This document shows positions 8,441 through 17,226 of a stretch of 46,466 nucleotides of DNA, one piece after another. Source of the stretch: Clostridia bacterium (GTDB lineage: Bacteria; Bacillota; Clostridia; Oscillospirales; CAG-382); contig JAGBUH010000053.1 in NCBI GenBank assembly GCA_017630915.1, positions 1 through 46,466 of the forward strand. The letters run 5' to 3'. The notes beneath the pieces were generated by a model, which worked only from the letters and a program-made list of their open reading frames with translations, ran no database searches and was not told the DNA's origin. The position numbers and the translations under genes were made by a program. The first letter of the stretch is position 1. Every line of letters begins with the position of its first letter.

Positions 8441-10315
8441 ATGATAAAGTATGAAGCAGAAAGAATAGATGTTGCCGTTATCGGCGCGGGACATGCCGGT
8501 TTGGAAGCGGCACTTGCCTGTGCAAGAATGGGCGTTAAGACGGTGCTTTTTACCCTAACGCTCGACCTTGTGGGAAATATGCCTTGCAATCCGTCAATCG
8601 GCGGTACCGGAAAGGGACATCTTGTTTTTGAAATAGATGCATTAGGCGGTGAAATGGGCCGTGCGGCAAACGCCGTTATGCTTCAAAGCCGTATGCTTAA
8701 CGCATCGAAAGGACCTGCCGTTAGGTCGTTACGAATGCAATCCGACAGAGTACGTTACCGCGATTATATGAAAAATATCGTGGAAAATACACCGAACCTT
8801 ACTTTAAAACAATCCGAGGTTGTGTCTGTCGAAGCGGATGAAAACGGTGTTACGGGTGTTACTACGTCGTTCGGCGCGTTTTATCCCGCTAAATGCGTCG
8901 TTATTGCAACGGGCACGTCGTTGGGCGGAAGAATTATCGTCGGTGAGGAGGCGTACGAATCGGGGCCTGATAATACTCTGCCTGCGAACCGTCTTGTTGA
9001 ATCGCTGAAAGAACAAGGGGTTAAACTCGCCAGATTCAAAACCGGTACTCCCCCGAGAATTCATGCCGATTCGATAGATTACGAAAAACTTGAACTGCAA
9101 GAGGGCGATGTTGAACCGACAATGTTCGGTTTCGCAAAATCGCGCCCTAACGTCTTGCCTTGCTATATCGCATATACCAACCAAAAAACACACGATATAA
9201 TACGTCAAAACCTTTCGCGTTCGCCTTTGTTTTCGGGTGTTATTCACGGAACGGGACCGAGATACTGTCCGAGTATCGAAGACAAGGTGACAAGATTCGC
9301 CGATAAAGAACGTCATCAAATTTTCGTCGAACCGATGGGAACGGATACAAAAGAAGTTTATCTTCAAGGTCTGTCGAGTTCACTTCCCGAGGAAGTGCAA
9401 CTTGAATTGATACATAGTATCGAAGGTCTTGAAAACGCTGTGTTTATGCGTACCGCGTATGCAATAGAATATGATTGCTGCGACCCGCTTCAACTGACCA
9501 ATACCCTTGAATTCCGAGATATTAAAGGTCTTTTCGGTGCAGGACAGTTTAACGGCAGTTCGGGATACGAAGAAGCTGCGGCTCAGGGACTTATCGCAGG
9601 TATCAATGCCGCGCTTAAAGTCAAGGGCGAGGATTCATTCTCGCTTACCAGAAGCGAAAGTTATATCGGTACACTTATCGACGATTTGGTAACAAAGGGC
9701 ACAAACGAACCCTACCGTATGATGACCTCACGAAGCGAATACCGTTTGCTTTTAAGACAGGACAACGCGCAAACCCGTCTTTTGCCGAAAGGGTACGAAC
9801 TCGGTCTTGTAAGCGAAGAACGATATAATGAATTTTTGGAAACCGAAAAGACATTGAACGATTTGATATATACTCTCGAACATGAAAGTATAAAGGCATC
9901 TGCCGAGCTTGACGACTTGCTCGAAGAACGCGGTTATGCACGTACGGGTGCAGGTATCGTCAAGGCGGAACTTTTAAGACGTCCCGAAATAACAATTTAC
10001 GATATCTTGAAACTTTCGGGCGATGATGCCGAAAAATACGATAAAAACATACTCGTACGTGCCGAAACCGAGATTAAATATTCGGGTTACATCAAACGTC
10101 AACTTGCCGAGGTAGAACGTTTTTCGAAACTCGAAGAAAAAATGCTTCCCGATGGTATTGACTATACAACTATTCGCGGTTTGCGTATCGAAGCGGCACA
10201 AAAATTACAAAAACTTCGCCCCGAAAATATCGGCAGAGCATCGCGTATAAGCGGTGTTTCACCGTCTGATATCTCGGTGTTGCTTATCTATCTATCACAA
10301 GGCGGTAAACAATGA
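8441..10315 (+). CDS. mnmG: tRNA uridine 5-carboxymethylaminomethyl modification enzyme MnmG (GidA)
   Basis: FAD-binding motif DVAVIGAGHAGLEAALA and typical GidA length. I moved the start from the track's 8393 to the ATG at 8441, which has an AAGGA RBS and lies after the mnmE stop at 8427. Confidence 0.96.
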   Translation: MIKYEAERIDVAVIGAGHAGLEAALACARMGVKTVLFTLTLDLVGNMPCNPSIGGTGKGHLVFEIDALGGEMGRAANAVMLQSRMLNASKGPAVRSLRMQSDRVRYRDYMKNIVENTPNLTLKQSEVVSVEADENGVTGVTTSFGAFYPAKCVVIATGTSLGGRIIVGEEAYESGPDNTLPANRLVESLKEQGVKLARFKTGTPPRIHADSIDYEKLELQEGDVEPTMFGFAKSRPNVLPCYIAYTNQKTHDIIRQNLSRSPLFSGVIHGTGPRYCPSIEDKVTRFADKERHQIFVEPMGTDTKEVYLQGLSSSLPEEVQLELIHSIEGLENAVFMRTAYAIEYDCCDPLQLTNTLEFRDIKGLFGAGQFNGSSGYEEAAAQGLIAGINAALKVKGEDSFSLTRSESYIGTLIDDLVTKGTNEPYRMMTSRSEYRLLLRQDNAQTRLLPKGYELGLVSEERYNEFLETEKTLNDLIYTLEHESIKASAELDDLLEERGYARTGAGIVKAELLRRPEITIYDILKLSGDDAEKYDKNILVRAETEIKYSGYIKRQLAEVERFSKLEEKMLPDGIDYTTIRGLRIEAAQKLQKLRPENIGRASRISGVSPSDISVLLIYLSQGGKQ

Positions 10316-11013
10316 GTTTTTCCGAAATTACAAAAAAATACAGAGATTCTTTGACCGATTCTCAATGCGCTTCTCTTGATATTATCGGCAACTGTCTGCG
10401 CGAAACAAACGAGGTTATGAATCTGACCGCGCTTACCGATGAAAAAGGTGTAGGGTTGCTTCACTTTTGGGATTCGTTGACGTTGCTTGACACAAATCTC
10501 TTTGAAAATGCATCGGTTATCGACATCGGTTGCGGCGGCGGTTTTCCGTCGCTTCCTCTTGCGCTTTGCTCGAAGAATTGCGAGATAACCTCTAACGATG
10601 CAACCGCGAAAAAACTGTCGTACGTTTTGGAAACTGCAAAAAAAGCAGGGATAAATAATCTGAAAACCCTTTGTGGCCGCGCTGAAGAACTTTCTCACGA
10701 AAATGCATATCGCGAAAAATACGATATTGCCGTTGCGCGCGGTGTCGCAAGATTGAATATTCTCGCAGAATGGTGCATGCCGTTTGTCAAGGTCGGCGGA
10801 TATTTCGTCGCAATGAAGGGCGAAAAGGGAAGAGAAGAAGCCGAAGAAGCAAAAAAAGCGATATCCGTTCTTGGTGGAGATCTGGTTGACATAATTGATA
10901 TAAAAGTTCCTGAGTTCGATTATCTTCATACACTTGTTGTTATCAAGAAAACTAAACACACTCCGAAAGATTATCCCAGAAAAAACAGTTTGATAAAAAA
11001 GAAACCTCTTTGA
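10312..11013 (+). CDS. rsmG: 16S rRNA (guanine527-N7)-methyltransferase RsmG (GidB)
   Basis: SAM motif VIDIGCGGGFPSLPLAL. Its ATGA start overlaps the mnmG stop. The mnmE-mnmG-rsmG order is conserved. Confidence 0.93.
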   Translation: MSFSEITKKYRDSLTDSQCASLDIIGNCLRETNEVMNLTALTDEKGVGLLHFWDSLTLLDTNLFENASVIDIGCGGGFPSLPLALCSKNCEITSNDATAKKLSYVLETAKKAGINNLKTLCGRAEELSHENAYREKYDIAVARGVARLNILAEWCMPFVKVGGYFVAMKGEKGREEAEEAKKAISVLGGDLVDIIDIKVPEFDYLHTLVVIKKTKHTPKDYPRKNSLIKKKPL

Positions 11014-11038
11014 AAACAATTATATGGAGGAACCGTAA

Positions 11039-11638
11039 ATGGAAGAACTCCGTGACAAAAACGGTCTTACCGAAGCCGAATTTTTGGCTCAATACGATGC
11101 ATCGAAATACAAACGTCCGTCTGTTACGGTTGACATAATCATAATACATGACGGAGAGATTCTTCTTATCAAGCGCGGAGGTCATCCTTGCTTGGGAAAA
11201 TTGGCATTCCCCGGCGGTTTTGTCGATCCCGATGAAGACGTTTACGATGCCGCTGTGCGTGAATTGAAAGAAGAAACGGGGCTTGATGCTGTCAATCTTC
11301 GTCAATTAAAGGTTGCGTCAGAACCCAATCGTGACCCAAGAACGCGCATTATAACCGTGCCGTTTCTTGCGGATATAAAAGATGTGAATGCGCTTTCGGC
11401 AGGCGATGATGCTATGTCGGCAAAGTGGTATCCGTTTTCATATAAGAAAATGCATCTTAACGGCGTGGATATTTTTGAAATAACCATTGTTGACGGAGAT
11501 GAACGAAAGACTGTCAAGGTGTCTTGTCAAAAGGATAAAACGGGTGTACGCGGAGATTTGATTTATACACAAATCGGGGATTCCTGCCTTGCGGGTGACC
11601 ATGCTGAAATTTTTGCAAACGTTTTAAATAATATCTAA
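11039..11638 (+). CDS. NUDIX hydrolase (ADP-ribose pyrophosphatase-like)
   Basis: Nudix box GKLAFPGGFVDPDEDVYDAAVRELKEETGL (GX5EX7REUXEEXGU). GGAGG RBS. Confidence 0.85.
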   Translation: MEELRDKNGLTEAEFLAQYDASKYKRPSVTVDIIIIHDGEILLIKRGGHPCLGKLAFPGGFVDPDEDVYDAAVRELKEETGLDAVNLRQLKVASEPNRDPRTRIITVPFLADIKDVNALSAGDDAMSAKWYPFSYKKMHLNGVDIFEITIVDGDERKTVKVSCQKDKTGVRGDLIYTQIGDSCLAGDHAEIFANVLNNI

Positions 11639-11672
11639 AATATAAATAAATTTGTTAAGAAAGGGATTTTAA

Positions 11673-13490
11673 ATGAAAAGAACAATATCTATCGTTCTTG
11701 CGTTACTTATGTTAATGTCGATGACGGTGTTCGTTGTTGCTGTGCAAAATGCAAAATTGGGCGATATAAACGCAGACGGCACAATCGACCAAGTTGACTA
11801 TTTGCTCGTCAAACGTTACTGCTTCAATACATTCAGTCTTGATTCAGAGCAAACGTTTCGTGCAGATGTCAATCGCGATGATGCAATCGACCAGCTTGAT
11901 TATCTTCTCATCAAACGTCATTGTTTCAATACTTATAAAATCCCCGAAATAAGCGAACCGGAAGTGATTATACCCGATTGGCTTAAACCCAACGAAGTCA
12001 CTACGGTTACCAATCTCACAAAGGGAAATTCTTATACAGCAAACCTTACCCCTTATGGTTCATATCTTGACGAAAGCGGAAAAGACCTCACCAATGGTGT
12101 TATAATCACCCATGAAGATAATCAAACTACTTCGCCTTATGCCGACTCGCGTTGGGTAGGGTATACCGTGGGCAAAGGTCAGTTAGAGGTTGTGCTTCCT
12201 CTTGGTGACGGCAACTCTATTTATGAACTTCAAAGAGTTGAAGTGAATATCGGTTGTGACAAATTGGATGCGGGCATCACCGAACCTAACATTGACGTTT
12301 ACTATACCGAAGACGGAACGAACTATAAAAAATTCGGTTCTTATTCAAGAACGGGTGTTGACAAATTTGCCGTTACCGCGGTAGTTGACCCCGGCGCATC
12401 GGTAAAAGCAACCGCTATCAAAGTTGTCGCAAAACCTGCGCTTTCGGGAAAAACGCTCGTTTGGCTCGGAGAAGTTACTGCATACGGTATTGCGCCGACC
12501 GAGTTGACACAGGTTGCTGCACACGAAACCGAAAACTTCTTATCCGATTCTACTTTTTCGATGTTCCTGAACAATGCGGTTCGTTTCGCGGTTATACCGG
12601 GTCTTGAACAAGACATCGTTCCGCAAGGTCTTGCGCGTAACCCCGAAACGGGATACGTTTATATCTCGGCATATTATAACAGCGGCGACAAACCGAGCGT
12701 TATTATTGTGCTTGACCCCAATGGCAAATTCGTTGCCGAATACTTTGTTTACCGTTCAAACGGTAATGCTTATACGGGACACATGGGTGGTATTTGCGTA
12801 ACCGAAGAATATCTCTATTTTACCGGACCTACCGACAGCCAAGGCAACTATACCGTCGCGGAATTCGAACTTGCACACCTACCCTTGACGGGGTCTCACA
12901 AAATAACAATTCACAATACTGTTGCAATGCCGATACATTCGAGTTTCTTGTTCTATGATTCGGGCATTCTCTGGTCGGGAACGTTCTATATTCACGGCAA
13001 TTCCTCTTACGGCTTGGGTAAACTTTTCAATACAAATACAACGAGCAACGACGGAAAGACCTACGGCGGTTATGCGGCGGCATTCGTTCTTGATGGAGAA
13101 GAAAAACGCCTCGCAGTTGATGCAACAAAGGGATATGCCGTTCCCGACACCGTACTTTCCATTCCCGATAAAGTACAAGGCTTTGCGTACAAAGACGGCA
13201 AGGTTGCGTTAAGTATATCTTACGGAAGAAACAATAACTCGACACTTGAATTTTATAATATTGACTTGGCGAAAGCAAATAAGTCGATTACCGTTGATAA
13301 TAGCGTTTATCCTATGATTATACTCGACAGTTTGAATCGTAAAAAAACAGTTACAACAATGTGTATGACCGAAGGGTTAACTCTTGCCGAAGACGGAAAT
13401 ATACTTGTTCTTTACGAATCGGGCGCACAGAAATACTATAACTCCAAAAATCCGACGGATTATATCTGGGACTTTGTATTTTTGAATTAA
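11673..13490 (+). CDS. Secreted protein with an N-terminal dockerin, a discoidin-like module and an unassigned ~330-aa C-terminal domain
   Basis: A signal peptide is followed by two EF-hand-like dockerin repeats: GDINADGTIDQVDYLLVKRYCFNT and ADVNRDDAIDQLDYLLIKRHCFNT (about 11760-11964). Next comes an LTNG-type beta-sandwich-like segment. I could not assign the C-terminal domain. Confidence 0.85.
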   Translation: MKRTISIVLALLMLMSMTVFVVAVQNAKLGDINADGTIDQVDYLLVKRYCFNTFSLDSEQTFRADVNRDDAIDQLDYLLIKRHCFNTYKIPEISEPEVIIPDWLKPNEVTTVTNLTKGNSYTANLTPYGSYLDESGKDLTNGVIITHEDNQTTSPYADSRWVGYTVGKGQLEVVLPLGDGNSIYELQRVEVNIGCDKLDAGITEPNIDVYYTEDGTNYKKFGSYSRTGVDKFAVTAVVDPGASVKATAIKVVAKPALSGKTLVWLGEVTAYGIAPTELTQVAAHETENFLSDSTFSMFLNNAVRFAVIPGLEQDIVPQGLARNPETGYVYISAYYNSGDKPSVIIVLDPNGKFVAEYFVYRSNGNAYTGHMGGICVTEEYLYFTGPTDSQGNYTVAEFELAHLPLTGSHKITIHNTVAMPIHSSFLFYDSGILWSGTFYIHGNSSYGLGKLFNTNTTSNDGKTYGGYAAAFVLDGEEKRLAVDATKGYAVPDTVLSIPDKVQGFAYKDGKVALSISYGRNNNSTLEFYNIDLAKANKSITVDNSVYPMIILDSLNRKKTVTTMCMTEGLTLAEDGNILVLYESGAQKYYNSKNPTDYIWDFVFLN

Positions 13491-13505
13491 GTTAAAATCA
13501 AATAG

Positions 13506-13545
13506 AAAAGCGGCGCAGTTCATTTGAACTGTACCGCTTTTTGTT
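13506..13545. terminator. Bidirectional terminator between convergent genes
   Basis: AAGCGG..CAGTTC / GAACTG..CCGCTT hairpin (6 bp, a 2x2 internal loop, 6 bp). It is flanked by an A-run on one side and a T-run on the other. Confidence 0.75.
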
Positions 13546-13549
13546 TGGA

Positions 13550-14443
13550 TTATTTTGTGTCGTTATTCTTCTTTTTCTTTTTGTTTCTGCGAACGATGAA
13601 AATAACAAGAAACGCTATTGCCGCTAAAACAAGCAAAGTGGGGAACGCAGCAACAATAAATACCGCAAAACCTTGCAAGAATTTACCGAAATTCTTCCAA
13701 CTGTTTTTAAACGCTTGGCTTATTCGCTTACCAAACGCCGTTTCTTCTTTTTCAAGTTCGGTGTATTCGATAACTTCGACAATTTCGAGGTTTACGGTTG
13801 AATAATTTACCTTGCTGTCATAGGTATTAAGCTTTGATTGGTAGGATTCAATATCGGAAATAACCTGATAAAGATTGTCTTGTATAAGAAGAATCTCATC
13901 AATGGTTTTTGCTTCTTCAAGCATCGCTTCAAGTGCAATTTTCTTTGATTCGAGGGTCTTTAATCTCGATTCAATGTCGTAATAATCAAGAGTAACGTCG
14001 GTAGAGGATTCACTCGAAGACGTAATGTTTAACGAACCTTTTGTGTTTTCGAGAAAACCATCAACCTTATCAGCAGGTATGCGAAGCACATAAGACGCGC
14101 GTTTTTCGTTTTTACGTCCGCTTGAAAGCGTTTGACCGCCAGTGATGTTGGATTGTTCAACGTAGCCGTTTACGGAAGAAATCTGTTGTGTAATAGTATC
14201 GATTGCCGAGTCAAAATCCTTTGTTTCGCCTCGTATCGAGAAGGTACGGATTATCTTTGCGTCGATTACCGTGACAGGCTTTGCAATGCTTGAAGTTAAT
14301 TGATCTTCAATATATTCTTTTTCAATCGCGGTGTCATTTTCCACTTCATCTAACATGGCGCCGCTGTCACCGCAAGAACAAAGCAGAATTGACAAAACTA
14401 AAAGCAAAAGAAGAGTAAACGTGGAATTAGAAAACTTTTTCAT
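13550..14443 (-). CDS. Lipoprotein with a coiled-coil and a C-terminal TM region (resembles DUF4349)
   Basis: Lipobox LLCSC-G after a signal peptide. The central region is coiled-coil-like. The hydrophobic C-terminus is FAVFIVAAFPTLLVLAAIAFLVIFIV followed by RRNKKKKKNND. GAGGTG RBS. Confidence 0.75.
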   Translation of the reverse strand: MKKFSNSTFTLLLLLVLSILLCSCGDSGAMLDEVENDTAIEKEYIEDQLTSSIAKPVTVIDAKIIRTFSIRGETKDFDSAIDTITQQISSVNGYVEQSNITGGQTLSSGRKNEKRASYVLRIPADKVDGFLENTKGSLNITSSSESSTDVTLDYYDIESRLKTLESKKIALEAMLEEAKTIDEILLIQDNLYQVISDIESYQSKLNTYDSKVNYSTVNLEIVEVIEYTELEKEETAFGKRISQAFKNSWKNFGKFLQGFAVFIVAAFPTLLVLAAIAFLVIFIVRRNKKKKKNNDTK

Positions 14444-14556
14444 TGAATAAACACCTCTGCTTTCATAAATTGTGTTTTTATTTTACTACTTTACGTCTGA
14501 TTTGTCAACAAACACACAGATTGAAGAAAAAACATAAAGTCTTTAACAAAATAATG

Positions 14557-14585
14557 TTGATTATCGGTACGTAAAAGATTATAAT
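14557..14585 (+). promoter_or_regulatory. Sigma-A-type promoter for the alarmone synthetase gene
   Basis: TTGATT (14557-14562), 17-nt spacer, TATAAT (14580-14585). Confidence 0.5.
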
Positions 14586-14618
14586 ATTTTCGTAATAAAT
14601 TAAAGAAACGGAACAAAA

Positions 14619-15305
14619 ATGAGCTTTAACGAAAAAGAATTACAAAAACAATTAAAAGAAATATTTAATGATGAAGTGATCCGCCATACAAAACCGATGA
14701 TGCATGATTTCGCAAAGCTTATGGCGTATTACCGTTGCGCAATAATGGAGATCGAAACGAAATTCAACGTATTAAACGAGGAGTTTTCTCTTCGTTTCGA
14801 CCGCAATCCGATCAACAGTATTAAAAGTCGTCTTAAATCTACCGCGAGTATGCGCGAAAAACTTGAACGCCGCGGATTTGCCATGTCGGTTGATTCTATT
14901 GAAGAAAACCTAAACGATGTCGCAGGTGTGCGTGTAATATGCTCGTTCCCCGACGATGTTTATATGTTGGCAGATGCATTGCTCAAACAAGACGATATTG
15001 AACTTGTAGAAAAGAAGGACTATATCGCCAACCCGAAACCGAACGGATATCGCAGTTTACATCTAATTGTTACCGTTCCCATCTTTCTTGAAAAAGAAAA
15101 AAGGTTGATGAAAGTCGAAATCCAACTCCGAACGATTGCTATGGATTCGTGGGCGAGTTTGGAACACCAATTAAGATACAAAAAAGACAATATATTCGAC
15201 GAACAAATGGCTAACGAACTTTTGCGTTGCGCCGAACTGTCTGCCGAACTGGATAAACGCATGGATTCGCTTCGTGCCAAAGTTCAATTTGAAACGCAAG
15301 AATAG
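14619..15305 (+). CDS. Small alarmone synthetase (RelP/RelQ-type GTP pyrophosphokinase)
   Basis: 228 aa with the RelA/SpoT synthetase-domain motifs VAGVRVICSF, NGYRSLHLIV and EIQLRTIAMDSWASLEHQLRYK. It has no hydrolase or regulatory domains. Confidence 0.9.
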   Translation: MSFNEKELQKQLKEIFNDEVIRHTKPMMHDFAKLMAYYRCAIMEIETKFNVLNEEFSLRFDRNPINSIKSRLKSTASMREKLERRGFAMSVDSIEENLNDVAGVRVICSFPDDVYMLADALLKQDDIELVEKKDYIANPKPNGYRSLHLIVTVPIFLEKEKRLMKVEIQLRTIAMDSWASLEHQLRYKKDNIFDEQMANELLRCAELSAELDKRMDSLRAKVQFETQE

Positions 15306-15322
15306 ATTTACATAATGCGGTG

Positions 15323-17104
15323 ATGGATATGAGGGATTTATTAAAAAAAATATCGGCGTTGCTTTTGTCTTTAACGATTTTGCTTTCCATGTTTTTTGGC
15401 GTTTGTGTAATCGTAAATGCGCAAGAATCCAACGGCATTTACGTGCTGTATACTAACGATATCCATTGTGGTATCAATAACTATTCGGTTTTAGCGGCGT
15501 ATCGTTCCGACCTTATCGGTCAAGGGTATGATGTTGTCACCGTGGATGCAGGCGATGCCATTCAAGGCGAAATGATAGGCACTCTTACCGAGGGCGCTTC
15601 TGTGGTTGACATAATGAACGAAGTTGGATATGACTATGCAGTTCCCGGTAACCACGAATTCGATTATAAAGTCGCAAGATTGTTAGAAATTGCGAACAAT
15701 GAAGCAGAATATGAATATCTTTCTGCAAATTTTTATGACCTTTTGACAGATAAAACGGTATTTAAACCGTATGCAATTAAGAAATTCGGCGACGAAAAAA
15801 TTGCATTTTTGGGGCTTTCGACTCCCGAAACTTACGGTAAATCGTCACCTGCATATTTCCAAGACGAAAACGGTAATTTTATTTACGGATTTTGCGGAGA
15901 TGATTTTTATTCGGTTATCCAAAACGCCGTCGATTCTGCGCTTTCCGAAGGCGCGACAAAGGTTATCGCGGTTGCTCATTTGGGTATTTCGGGTGTAACA
16001 GAAGGTTGGCGTTCGGTTGATCTTATTAAAAACACGGTAGGAATTGACGTGCTTATTGACGGTCACGCCCACGAAACGATTGAGAAAATGCTCGTCAAAA
16101 ACAAAGACGGTGACAATGTTGTTCTCACTTCGACAGGTACAAAATTTACTGATTTCGGTGTGCTTAAAATCTCAAACGACGGAAGTTTTATTACCAAACT
16201 TGTTTCACCTGACTCGGTTGATGTAGATAGTTTGTCCGACGAAGCGAAAACGGCTTATAATACCGTAAAATCAAAAATTGACGATTATAACGCCGAGTTC
16301 AATTACCTTTTTGAAGAAATAGGCGTTTCGGAAGCGCACCTTTGCCAAAATGACGAAAACGGAAACCGTTTGGTTCGTAAAACCGAAACCAACCTTGGCG
16401 ATTTTGTAACCGATGCATATAAAGCGGTTACGGGTGCAGATATTGCGTTTGTAAACGGCGGCGGATTGCGCGCGGATATTATGGAAGGTGCCGTAAACAG
16501 AAAAGCGATAATGGACGTTAATCCTTGGAATAACGAAATGTGTGTTATTGAAGCGACCGGACAACAAATCTTCGATGCGCTTGAATATGGGGTGTATGCA
16601 ACACCTAACGAATTCGGCAGTTTTCCTCACGTTTCGGGAATTACTTTTGAGGTACATACCTATATAGAGACTCCTGTTGTTGTCGATGAGCAAGGCGATT
16701 TTGTGTCTATCAAGGAAAACGCGCTTCGACGTGTTGCAAATGTTAAAATAAATGGTAAACCGATTGATTTGACCAAGAAATATACCATTGCAGGAAGCTG
16801 TTATATGTTGCAATTAGGCGGATATAAGATGTTTTCCGGTGCAAAAACGGTTGTATTTGACGGTCCGACAACCGATGCTGAAATGCTTATGATGTATTTT
16901 ACCGATTATTTAGACGGTAAAATCACCGCTGAAAAATACGGCAACATTAACGGTGACGGTCGTATCGTAACGGTGAATGAAAAACCTAACAAACCCGAAA
17001 CGGAAGTTCCCGATGCAGGTGATGAATCGGCTTTGATACTTTGGTTTTTTATTGCGTTTATTTCTTTTATTGGTGCAAAATCAATTTTCGAAAAGAGAAT
17101 ATAA
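15323..17104 (+). CDS. Surface-anchored 5'-nucleotidase / metallophosphoesterase
   Basis: Metallophosphatase motifs YTNDIHCG, DAGDAIQG, GNHEFD and GHAHE, followed by a 5'-nucleotidase C-terminal domain. It has a signal peptide and a C-terminal VPDAGDES + TM + KRI tail. The start is ambiguous among GTG 15320, ATG 15323 and ATG 15329, and no clear SD is present. Confidence 0.88.
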   Translation: MDMRDLLKKISALLLSLTILLSMFFGVCVIVNAQESNGIYVLYTNDIHCGINNYSVLAAYRSDLIGQGYDVVTVDAGDAIQGEMIGTLTEGASVVDIMNEVGYDYAVPGNHEFDYKVARLLEIANNEAEYEYLSANFYDLLTDKTVFKPYAIKKFGDEKIAFLGLSTPETYGKSSPAYFQDENGNFIYGFCGDDFYSVIQNAVDSALSEGATKVIAVAHLGISGVTEGWRSVDLIKNTVGIDVLIDGHAHETIEKMLVKNKDGDNVVLTSTGTKFTDFGVLKISNDGSFITKLVSPDSVDVDSLSDEAKTAYNTVKSKIDDYNAEFNYLFEEIGVSEAHLCQNDENGNRLVRKTETNLGDFVTDAYKAVTGADIAFVNGGGLRADIMEGAVNRKAIMDVNPWNNEMCVIEATGQQIFDALEYGVYATPNEFGSFPHVSGITFEVHTYIETPVVVDEQGDFVSIKENALRRVANVKINGKPIDLTKKYTIAGSCYMLQLGGYKMFSGAKTVVFDGPTTDAEMLMMYFTDYLDGKITAEKYGNINGDGRIVTVNEKPNKPETEVPDAGDESALILWFFIAFISFIGAKSIFEKRI

Positions 17105-17226
17105 CCTAAACAATAACCACACTTTTGCAACATAAAGTGCGGTTATTGTTATAAAAAGGTAAATTTTTATGCATTTACTTGTAATGAAGTGATAAATATG
17201 GTAAAATACGGATACTATAAACCTAA

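Noticed and set aside
14619-15305. Toxic small alarmone synthetase (toxSAS) toxin-antitoxin module
   Set aside because: The sequence looks like the housekeeping RelP/RelQ type. No small antitoxin ORF overlaps or abuts it. The next gene is a large exported 5'-nucleotidase.
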